This document shows positions 21,501 to 30,632 of a stretch of 64,000 nucleotides of DNA, in pieces (the stretch's first letter is position 1; every line of letters starts with the position of its first letter). The stretch comes from an uncultured Chloroflexia bacterium. GTDB taxonomy: Bacteria; Chloroflexota; Limnocylindria; Limnocylindrales; CSP1-4. Position numbers and translations under genes: made by a program. The stretch lies in NCBI GenBank assembly GCA_963718285.1, contig CAVQYU010000004.1, forward strand, positions 86,838-150,837, given 5' to 3'. The notes under the pieces are model-generated. The model searched no databases and was not told where the DNA came from. It saw only the letters and a list, made by a program, of their open reading frames with translations.

Positions 21501-22814
21501 CTAGTCGTCGCCGCCGGAGCCGGCTTCGCCGTCTTCGGTCGGACCGGAACGGGCGCCCGCCTCTCCGGCTCCCGCCGTGCGCGGCCCGCCGGCGACCGGC
21601 GGCTCGGGCGCCTGGGCAATCCGGGCCTGATAGGTGGCCAGGTTGGCTCGCGTGTCATCGATCGAGTCGCCGCCGAACTTGTCGAGCACGAAGTCGGCCA
21701 GGATGAGCATGACCATGGCCTCGGCGACGACCCCGGCGGCGGGCACGACGCTGATGTCGCTCCGCTCGTAGTGAGCCTTGTCGACCGTCTCGCCGGTGAT
21801 CAGGTCGGCCGATGGCAGGGGCCGGGCCAGGGTGGAGATGGGCTTGACCGCCCCACGGACGACCAGCGGCTCGCCATTCGTGACCCCGCCGGTCAGGCCG
21901 CCGGCGTTGTTCGAGCGATGGATCCAGCGGCCACCCTCGCCCCGGCCGGCGATGACGTCATGGACGGCCGAGCCGAAGCGGCGGGTCTGCTCGAAGCCGA
22001 GCCCAAACTCCACGCCCTTGACGATGTTGATGCTCATGACCGCCGCAGCCAGGGCGGCATCGAGCCGGCGGTCCCAGTGGACGTAGCTGCCGAGGCCGAT
22101 CGGCAGGCCGTGGGCCACGACCTCGAACACGCCCCCGACGGTGTCCCCGTTCGCGCGGGCCTCGTCGATCCGGGCGATCATCCCGGCCTCCGCCTCGGGA
22201 TCCGGGCAGCGCAGCGGCAATTCGTCCGCTTCGGCCTGGCTTCGGCTGGCCCTGGCCGGATCCACGGCCACCCCACCGACCTCGGCGGTGAACGACCAGA
22301 CCTCGATGCCCAGCTCGGCCAGGAAGAGGCGAGCCACGCCGCCGGCGGCGACCCGAGCCGCCGTCTCGCGGGCGGACGCTCGCTCGAGCACGTCGCGGAC
22401 GTCGTTGAAGCCGTATTTCAAGGCGCCGGCCAGGTCGGCGTGGCCGGGCCGCACCCGGGTCACCGGGGTCGCTCGCTTGTTGCCCGCCTCGGCCAGGCCG
22501 GCCAGCTCGTCGGCCTCGGCGGCACCGAGCGGCTCGACCTGCATGACTCGGGTCCAATTCTCCCAGTCCCGATTGCGGACCAGGAGCAGGATCGGTGAAC
22601 CAAGCGTTCGACCGTGGCGAACGCCGGCCAGGATCTCGGCCCGGTCGTGCTCGATCGCCTGGCGGGCACCGCGCCCGTAGCCGCGCTGGCGGCGGGCCAG
22701 GTCGAGCGCGATCGCGTCGGCGGTCACGGTCAGACCGGCGGGCACCCCTTCCAGCGTTACCCCGAGGGCCGGTCCGTGCGACTCGCCGGCCGTCAGGAAC
22801 CGGAGCCGGCCCAT
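21501..22814 (-). CDS. aroC: Chorismate synthase
   Basis: TAGESHG, RPGHADL, ERASARETA and NNAGGLTGG. Confidence 0.97.
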   Translation of the reverse strand: MGRLRFLTAGESHGPALGVTLEGVPAGLTVTADAIALDLARRQRGYGRGARQAIEHDRAEILAGVRHGRTLGSPILLLVRNRDWENWTRVMQVEPLGAAEADELAGLAEAGNKRATPVTRVRPGHADLAGALKYGFNDVRDVLERASARETAARVAAGGVARLFLAELGIEVWSFTAEVGGVAVDPARASRSQAEADELPLRCPDPEAEAGMIARIDEARANGDTVGGVFEVVAHGLPIGLGSYVHWDRRLDAALAAAVMSINIVKGVEFGLGFEQTRRFGSAVHDVIAGRGEGGRWIHRSNNAGGLTGGVTNGEPLVVRGAVKPISTLARPLPSADLITGETVDKAHYERSDISVVPAAGVVAEAMVMLILADFVLDKFGGDSIDDTRANLATYQARIAQAPEPPVAGGPRTAGAGEAGARSGPTEDGEAGSGGDD

Positions 22815-23699
22815 CTAGGCCTCCGCGGCCACGCCGGTCGGCTCGCCCTCGGCCGACTCGATCCCCTCCGCCCGGGCCGCCGTGAGGGCGCCCTCCATGA
22901 CCTCCAGCGGAGCCGGCTGCCCGGTCCACAGGGTGAAGGCCGCGGCGCCCTGGTGGAGGAGCATCGTCGCCCCATCGGCCACGGTGGCGCCATTCGCCGC
23001 GGCATCCCGGAGCAGCTGGGTCCGGCGGTAGATCAGGTCCAGCACGAGCAGGTCGGCCGGGATGATCTCGCCGGGGATGGGCGATTCGTCACCGTGCAGG
23101 CCGATCGATGTCGCGTTGACCAGGACCTTGGTCTTGGCCAGCTCGGCCTCGATGATCGACTCGTGCCAGGGCATCGCCTTGAGCTCCATGTGGGCGGCAC
23201 TCTTGCCAAAGAACTTGACCAGCGACTCAGCCCGATGCAGGTGGCGATTGAAGACGATGATCCGGATGAAGCCGGCCGTGATCAGGCCGTGGATCACCGC
23301 CCGGCTGCCGCCCCCGGCCCCGAACACGACCGCCTGGCGGGGCATCTTCTGGCGGCCGACCAGCTTGTCGATCGCCTGCTTGAAGCCGGGCACATCGGTG
23401 TTGTGGCCGATCAGGCGCTTGCCCTCGCGGGTGATCGTGTTGACCGCGCCCGTGGCGTGGGCGTCCTCGGTCAGGCGATCGACCAGGGGCACCACCCGCT
23501 CCTTGTGCGGGATCGTGACGTTGGCGCCCAGGAACTCGTCCGAGCGCAGCTCGGCGATGGCGTCGGCCAGGTTGATCGGGGGCCGATCCCAGAGCTCATA
23601 GCGGGCATCGATCCCGAGCGAATCGAAAGCGGCCTGCTGCATCGCCCCGGACAGCGAATGATTGACCGGATGGCCGATCAGGACGACCCGCTTGGTCAT
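22815..23699 (-). CDS. aroE: Shikimate dehydrogenase
   Basis: GHPVNHSLS, GANVTIPHK, GAVNT, GHNTD and GAGG. Confidence 0.95.
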   Translation of the reverse strand: MTKRVVLIGHPVNHSLSGAMQQAAFDSLGIDARYELWDRPPINLADAIAELRSDEFLGANVTIPHKERVVPLVDRLTEDAHATGAVNTITREGKRLIGHNTDVPGFKQAIDKLVGRQKMPRQAVVFGAGGGSRAVIHGLITAGFIRIIVFNRHLHRAESLVKFFGKSAAHMELKAMPWHESIIEAELAKTKVLVNATSIGLHGDESPIPGEIIPADLLVLDLIYRRTQLLRDAAANGATVADGATMLLHQGAAAFTLWTGQPAPLEVMEGALTAARAEGIESAEGEPTGVAAEA

Positions 23700-25079
23700 G
23701 CTCGCACTCCTTCGAGTACCGCGAAGAACCCGGGATAGGAGATCGACGCGCAGCCCGGATCGCTGATCGTCGTGGCGCCCGTGGCGATGAGCCCGGCAAT
23801 GGCGAAGGTCATGGCCAGGCGATGGTCGGAGCAGCTGTCGGTGGAGGCGCCAACCAGCGTGGTCGGCCCGGTGATCAACAGGTCGTCGCCGTCTACCGTG
23901 ACGTCCGCGCCGAGTGCGCGCAGCCCGCGGGCAATCCCGGCGATCCGGTCGGACTCCTTGGTCCGCAGCTCGCCCGCGCCCCGGATCGTGGTCGTGCCGC
24001 GGGCCTGGCTGGCGGCCAGGCACAGGATCGGGATCTCATCGATCGCCTGGGCCACGTCGGCCGCTGAGACGTCGATCGCCTGGAGCTGACTCGAGCTGGC
24101 CGTGAGGTTGGCCAGCGGCTCGCCGGTCTGGGCGTCGTGCCTCGCGCCCGCGATCGGCTCCTCCTCGATCCGGGCGCCCATCGGACGAGGAGGTCGATGA
24201 TCGCCCGGCGGGTGGGGTTGACACCGACGCCGGCAAGCTCAGCCGGCGTCGGGGTGGATCGCGCCGGCGACCAGCCAGAAGGCGGCGGCCGACGGATCAG
24301 CGGGCACGACCTCGTCCAGCGGTTGCACGGACCCGCCGCCGGCTCCAGACTGACCGACACCTGCCCGTCCCTCGATTGCTCGCTCAGCACCGCGATCCCG
24401 CGCGCCCGGAGCATCCGCTCGGTGTGATCGCGGGTCGCGACCGCTTCGCGCACCGTGCGTCCGGCCCTCCGCCGCGCAGGGCGGCGAGCAGGATGGCCGA
24501 CTTCACCTGGGCGCTGGGGACGCCGTCATAGAACTGTCGATCGCCCGGAGCGGGGTGTGACCGACCACGGTCATCGGCAGGAGGGTGTTGGACCGGCGCG
24601 CGTGGACTTCGGCACCCATCGCTCGCAGTGGCTCGATGATACGGGCGAGGGGTCGTCGGCGCAACGAGGCGTCGCCGTCGAGGACGTGGTAGCCGGGCAG
24701 CCCGGCCAGGATCCCGGCGATCAGCCGGGTGGTCGTCCCGGAGTTGCCGCAATCGAGGATCCCGTCCGGCCTCGTGAAGCCCGTCGATGCCCGGCGAGAC
24801 GACCAGGTAGTCGACCCGGCGGCCGTCACCGGCCCGCCGCTCGACGCTCGCTCCGAGCTGGCTGATCAGGCCGGCGGTGGTCCGCACGTCGGCGCCGTCG
24901 CCGGCTGCATGGATCTCCGAGCGCGCCGTTGGCCAGCGGCGGCCAGGAGCAGGGCCCGATGGCTGATCGACTTGTCGCCGGGCAGGCCGGGGCTGGCCGC
25001 GCAGGCGGGCGGCGGGGCGGACGCCGGCCACGTCCGGCTCTGGCCCGCCGGCCAGGTTGGGCTGGATCACGGCGGTCAT
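23696..25079 (-). CDS. aroA: EPSP synthase (indels)
   Basis: [47 protein letters not shown] and DHRLAM. Confidence 0.93.
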
Positions 25080-26154
25080 TGCCTGGCCCCGCCGACCTTG
25101 AGCACGGCGTTCGGCAGGACCGGATCGCCGTGGCAGGTCGCCAACCTGGGCGTGGACGGCCCGCAGGCCGGTCATCAGGTCGGCGAACTGGTCGAGGGTG
25201 ATCGACTGCTCGCCGTCGGACAGCGCCTCGTCCGGCCGCGGGTGGACCTCGACCATGACCCCGTCGGCGCCCGCCGCCACCCCGGCCATGGACATCGGCT
25301 TGATCAGCCAGCGCTTGCCGGTCGCGTGGGACGGGTCGACGATCACCGGCAGGTGGGTCAGGTGGTGGAGGAGAGGCACGGCCGCCAGGTCGAGCGTGTT
25401 GCGGGTGTACGTCTCGAAGGTGCGGATGCCCCGCTCGCACAGGATCACGTTCGGGATTGCCCGAGCTGACGATGTACTCGGCGGACATCAGCCACTCCTC
25501 GATCGTGGCCCCGTAGCCGCGCTTGAGCATGACCGGCCGGCTGACCCGGCCGACGGCCGTCAGGAGCGAGTAGTTCTGCATGTTCCGGGTGCCGACCTGG
25601 AGGATGTCGGCGTACTCGGCCACGATGTCGACCTGGTTCGGCTCCATCACCTCGGTGATGACCGGCAGGCCGGTCGCGCTCGCGCTCCTCGGCCAGGTAG
25701 CGCAGGCCTTCGACGCCCAGGCCCTGGAAGGAGTAGGGGCTGGTGCGCGGCTTGAAGGCACCGCCCCGGATGATCGTGGCCCCGGCGGCGATTGACCCCG
25801 TCGACCGTCTCCCGGAGCTGCTCCCGGCTCTCGATCGAGCAGGGCCCGGCCATCACCGTCAGGCCTGCCGTCGCCGATCGACCGCGTCGAGGATCCGGAT
25901 GACCGTGTCCTCGGGATGGAACTCGCGCGAGGTAAGCTTGAACGGGCGGCTGATCGGGGTGACCGTCTCGACCCCGCCGAGCGCCTCCAGGCGGCTGATC
26001 AGGACCGGCTTGCGGGCGCCGATCTCGCCGACGACGGCGATCACGACGCGCTGCTCGCCGACGTGGTCGTACGGCTGAGTCCCTCGGCCAGGATCAGGCT
26101 CTTGACCGCGTTCGCCTCGGCCGGAGTGGCCGTGGCACTCATCACCACGAACAT
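25076..26154 (-). CDS. aroF: DAHP synthase type I-beta with N-terminal ACT-like domain (indels)
   Basis: [37 protein letters not shown] and DPSHATG. Confidence 0.93.
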
Positions 26155-26221
26155 CGCTGCTGCGCGTCCTTTCGCGTCGGTTCAGGGCTGCTGCGCGCTG
26201 GCCGGACCTCGCTCGGCCAAC

Positions 26222-26248
26222 AAAAAAAGCAGAGGTCTGACCTCTGCT
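26222..26248 (-). terminator. Attenuator terminator of the aro operon
   Basis: Minus strand AGCAGAGGT-CAG-ACCTCTGCT followed by a T run. Confidence 0.85.
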
Positions 26249-26294
26249 CATCCCGGCACGACCCGTGCTCCCGGGTCTCAGTCTCCGGGTTCGG

Positions 26295-26333
26295 TCATGC
26301 CGGGCGTTGGTAGGTAAAAAAGAGGGTGTGCAT
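26295..26333 (-). CDS. Leader peptide MHTLFFTYQRPA (Phe/Tyr attenuator)
   Basis: GGAG RBS; ATG CAC ACC CTC TTT TTT ACC TAC CAA CGC CCG GCA TGA lies between the promoter and the terminator. Confidence 0.8.
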   Translation of the reverse strand: MHTLFFTYQRPA

Positions 26334-26345
26334 GTGCGTCTCCGA

Positions 26346-26375
26346 ACGGTAGTCGAGGGCGAGCGCCGCTGTCAA
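26346..26375 (-). promoter_or_regulatory. aro operon promoter
   Basis: TTGACA-18-TACCGT on the minus strand. Confidence 0.7.
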
Positions 26376-26456
26376 CGCGCGTAGCGTGCGAGTCCTTGGC
26401 CCGTCGCCGGTTTCTGTGCGTGTCGTGGCCGGCCGAGCCTCGCTGGTGCTCGCCAC

Positions 26457-26604
26457 GCGACAAAAGGCGCCGGGCCGACCGAGCCGACCCTCTTTTGAGC
26501 CCGCGCGGCGCCAATCATGCACGACCTGAGCGTGGTTCGGGACAGGTTCGCGACCCGGCCTGGCCAACGCGTGCTCCGGCGAGTCGAATCGCGGCGTTTG
26601 TCGC
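26457..26604. repeat. Inverted-repeat element, copy 2 (same family as 6723-6898)
   Basis: GCGACAAA...TTTGTCGC with a 132-nt spacer (134 nt in copy 1) and similar internal motifs. Confidence 0.5.
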
Positions 26605-26696
26605 ACCCCACGCACCGTCGTGGCCGTCGCGGCCCGTCCGGACCCGCCCCCAAGTCGCCCTCGGACCTCATGCTATTCTGGCCGCCGCGGTTCCGC

Positions 26697-26788
26697 GGAG
26701 AGGTCGCATAGAGGCCTAGTGCAGCGGTTTGCTAAACCGCCAAGTGGGGTAACCTGCTTCGAGGGTTCGAATCCCTCCCTCTCCGCCA
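26697..26788 (+). tRNA. tRNA-Ser(GCT)
   Basis: Anticodon loop TTGCTAA, long variable arm, CCA. Confidence 0.95.
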
Positions 26789-26798
26789 CTCTCGCATT

Positions 26799-26874
26799 GC
26801 GCCCGTAGCTCAGCGGATAGAGCGTTAGGTTGCGGACCTAAAGGTCGTGGGTTCGAGTCCCGCCGGGCGCGCCA
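26799..26874 (+). tRNA. tRNA-Arg(GCG)
   Basis: Anticodon arm TTAGG-TTGCGGA-CCTAA, GCG at 26832-26834; CCA end. Confidence 0.92.
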
Positions 26875-27050
26875 GCATCTCCCCATCGGGCCCGCCATCC
26901 TTGGGTCCCAAGCTGCACCCTGCCAAGGCCTGGTTCTGGGTCCTACCTCCCGCACTCAGGCTGCGGCCTGACCCTTAGCCACGCTCGATGCGATTCCAGC
27001 GCGCGCCCAACGTGCGCCCCGGAGCCCGACCTGCGTCCGGAGCGCCCTGG

Positions 27051-27220
27051 TGTGCGTCCGGCGCGCGTAGCTCACCAGGGCCGGCCCCGATTGGTCGTCC
27101 GGTTGCCCCGGACGCACGAGCTCGCCCGATCCAGGTCGAATTTGGTCGAATCTGTGCACGGCACGCACGAAATCGACTAGACATCGGGGAAACACGTCAG
27201 TTGTGCGCTTCACACGCACG
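27051..27220. repeat. Degenerate ~50-bp tandem array of TGTGC..CGCAC short palindromes
   Basis: Units start near 27051, 27102, 27153 and 27202. Confidence 0.4.
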
Positions 27221-27262
27221 TCTACCCGGCCACGACCTGAGGCCGCCGGCCTGACCTCCGGC

Positions 27263-28132
27263 TCAGGTGGCCGCCAGCATGATGTGGGCGATCGAGCCGA
27301 CCCGCAGGCCATCGCGTCGCCCGTCGAAATAGCGCTGGTTGATGGCCCGGCCGTCGAGATCCACGATCCGGTTGGCCCCCAGCGAGGCGAGTCCCTGCTG
27401 CAGCTCATCCGGATCGAAGAATGCCGTCCAGGGCTCGCCTGCCCGGCCGACGCGGTTGGCGAAGCGCGACACGATCAGCCGCTCGATCGGATTGAGCCGG
27501 CCCGGCGAGAGCGCGTAGTCGAACACGACCGCGCTGCCTGGCGGGCGGTCCATCAGGTAGCCGAGGACCGACCAGACCGACGACTCGGCCAGGTACATCG
27601 TGACCCCTAGCCAGGCGAAGATGGCCGGTTCGTCCGGGCGAAAGCCGGCGGCCAGCAGCTCATGGTCGAGGCGCTGCTGGTCGAAGTCGACGGCGACGAA
27701 GGTCACGCCGGCTGAGTCGTCCGGGAGCCCGATCCCGGCCATGTGCAGGCAGGCCCGCTTCCAGGCTTGGGTGGCCGGGTGGTCGACCTCGAAGACGTGC
27801 ACATGGGCCAGCGGATTGCGATAGGCGAACGTGTCCAGACCGGCACCCAGGACGACGTACTGGCGGACGCCGCCCGCCGCGGCGGCCAGGGTGTCTTCGG
27901 CATAGCGACTGCGGGCAACAAGGAAGGCTCGCAACGCCCGGGCCACCGGCTGCTGCTCGGGGCTGGGCGGGAAGCGACGCCTGGCCCGCTCCTCGAGAGC
28001 CGCCCGCTCGCCGGCTCCGATGATTCGGAGAGCGAGGGGATCGTCGAGGACCAGGGGGTCGTCGAGCAGCTGGTGGGCCGCCCGCCGCCGCGCGACGCCG
28101 AGGGCCGTTCGGCTGGGTCGAGCCGGGATCAT
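27263..28132 (-). CDS. SAM-dependent methyltransferase, LCM/TIGR00027-like
   Basis: SRTALGVA..RAAH, QYVVLGAGLDT, FEVDHP and WLGVTMYL. Confidence 0.9.
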   Translation of the reverse strand: MIPARPSRTALGVARRRAAHQLLDDPLVLDDPLALRIIGAGERAALEERARRRFPPSPEQQPVARALRAFLVARSRYAEDTLAAAAGGVRQYVVLGAGLDTFAYRNPLAHVHVFEVDHPATQAWKRACLHMAGIGLPDDSAGVTFVAVDFDQQRLDHELLAAGFRPDEPAIFAWLGVTMYLAESSVWSVLGYLMDRPPGSAVVFDYALSPGRLNPIERLIVSRFANRVGRAGEPWTAFFDPDELQQGLASLGANRIVDLDGRAINQRYFDGRRDGLRVGSIAHIMLAAT

Positions 28133-28298
28133 CGGACGAGCCTAGCCTGCCTGCCTGGCCCGACTCACGCTGGGTGCCTCGCCGCCGGTGCCCGGGCTCA
28201 CCGCGGCCGGTGCCCGGGGACACCGCCACACCGCCCCGGTGGCTTGCGTCAATGTCGTCGACTGGCCGACCATCCCGTCAGCCCCAGCACGAGCCCAG

Positions 28299-30621
28299 AT
28301 GCCCAACCGCCCTGCTCACACCACATCGATCGTCGACCGGACCCGGCGGCTCCTGTCCACGGCCCTGCCTCGCGGCGCCCTGATCCTGTCGGTCCTCACC
28401 TTCGCGGGCTACCTCATGGGCCTGGTCCGGGACCGGATCTTTGCCCACACGTTTGGCGCCGGGCCTCGAGCTGGACGCCTACAACGCCGCGTTCATCCTG
28501 CCTGAGCTGGCCCTCGATGTCCTCGTGGCGGGCGGCCTGATCGCGCCGTTCGTGCCGATCTTTGTCGGCCTGCGCTCGGAGGCGGCCGAAGCCGCCGCTG
28601 CCTTCGGTCGGACGATCCTGACCCTGGCCATCGTGGTGATGGCGATCGCGGCGGGCCTCCTGTTCATCTTCGCCCCGCAAACGGTCGACCTGATCGCCCC
28701 GGGCTTCCAGCCGGACCAGCGGGCGATGTACGTCGAGCTGTTCCGGATCATGTGCATCACGCCGGTGATCTTCGCGGCCTCCCTGGTCCTGGGCGAGATC
28801 CTGGTCTCGGAACGCAGCTTCGTGGCGTACGGCCTGGCGCCCCTGATGTACAACGCCGGGATCGTCGCCGGGACGCTCGTCCTCGGCCCGCGCTACGGCG
28901 TCTTCGGGGCTGCGGTCGGGGCAGTGATCGGGGCACTCGGCCACCTGGCCGTCCGGCCATCGGGATCTGGCGGGTCCAGTTCCGGCCAAGGCCCAGCCTG
29001 GCCCTCCGGACCAAGGGGGTCGGCGAGTTCCTGCGACTGATGTTGCCCAAGATGATCAGCCACCCGGTCGAGCCCCTGATGTTCCTGTACTTCACCGCGC
29101 TGGCCTCGACCCTCGAGCCTGGCTCCGTCACCTCGCTCAGCTTTGCCCACAACTTCCAGAGCGTGCCGGTCAGCCTGATCGGGGCCTCATTTGCGATCGC
29201 CGCGTTTCCCGTCCTGTCGGCGTCTGCAGCCGCCGGTGACCGACCGGCGTTCGTCCGCCAGTTCCGGACGAGCCTGATCACGATCACCCTCCTGACCACA
29301 GTCGCGGCAATCGGCCTGTTCCTGGTCAGCGAGGTGGCCATCCGGGTGCTCCTCGGCGGCGGCGCATTCGACGATGCCGACGTTGCCCGGACGAGCGGGA
29401 TCCTGGCTGTCTTCGCGCTCTCGGTTCCGCTGGAGAGCGTGATCCAGCTCGTCAGCCGGGCGATCTACGCGACCCACAACACGATCGTGCCACGGTCGCC
29501 TCGATCGCCGGCTTCATTGCCACGGTCATCGTGGCCGAGCTGCTGGTGGCCCCGATCGGAGTGGCCGCGATTCCCGCTGCGTTCGCCGCGGGCCTGGCCG
29601 TCGAGCTGGCGATCATGGCTGTCGGCCTCGTCCCGCGCATGGCCCGGATCGGGACCCGGCCGGCGGCCGCCCGGCGAATCAGCCCGTCCGGCGTCCGGAC
29701 ATCTGGCCGCCGGTCGCGGTCCGGCCGCGGCTCGGGCGGGCCGTCGGCGATCGCCCTGGGGGTCGTGCTCCTGGGCGCCGGCGCGGTCTACGCCACCGAC
29801 CTGACCCTGACGAGCGGGGCGACGATCGCGGTCGACCCACTGGTGACGCCCTGGGCGCGCCCGGACGCCCTGATCCCGTCGAGCCAGCCGACAGCCGATC
29901 CGGCGACGGTCCTCCCGAGCGCCGGCTCGCCCTCGGCCCGACCCGGCTCGAGCCCGGGCCCGGGCGCCGGTCCCGGCGGGTCGCCCGCGGCGAGCCCGGC
30001 GCCATCAGCCTCACCATCAGCCAGGCCCGGGCCCATTCGCGATGGACCTCTATCGCAAGGGCGACTACGTGGGTGAGCTGAAGGACACCTGGTGCGTGCC
30101 GGCCGCGATGCAGACGTCGATGAACATCATGAATACCGCCGCCGACACGAGCCAGCGCACCCAGGCCCGGATCTTCGCCCTGGCTCGTTCGATCGCGCCG
30201 GCGCCCGACGGGGCGGCCGAGCCGGAAGCCTGGGCGACCGGCCTGACGCGAGCTCGGCTACGGCAACTACCAGGTGACCCAGAAGGCTTCGGTCGCGGAG
30301 GCGATCCACCTCGCCGCGCGCCAGGTCCGGCTGACCAATCGGCCGGCGGGCCTGATGGTCTGGCGGGGCGCTCATTCGTGGGTGATGTCGGGCTTCACCG
30401 CCACGGCCGACCCGGCGGTCAACCCCAACTTCACGGTCATCGCCGTCCGGATCGAGGACGTCTGGTATCCGCGCTTCTCCTCGATCTGGGGCTACTCGCG
30501 GCCGCCGGATTCGCTGGTCCCCGTGGCCGCCCTGGCCCGCGACTACCTGCCCTGGAAGCGTCCGACCGGGGCGTATCCGGCCAAGGATGGCAAGTTCGTC
30601 CTGGTGATCCCGACGACCTGA
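28299..30621 (+). CDS. murJ: MurJ/MviN lipid II flippase fused through a TM helix and Pro/Ser linker to a C39/papain-like peptidase domain (indels)
   Basis: MGLVRDRIFA..FG..LDAYNAAFILP..FVPIF, APLMYN and SRAIYA; then WCVPAAMQ, GAHSWVMSG and IEDVWYP. Confidence 0.75.
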
Positions 30622-30632
30622 GCGACGCCGGC

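Noticed and set aside
27000-27225. CRISPR array
   Set aside because: The units are too degenerate, there are no identical repeats with unique spacers, and no cas genes are present.
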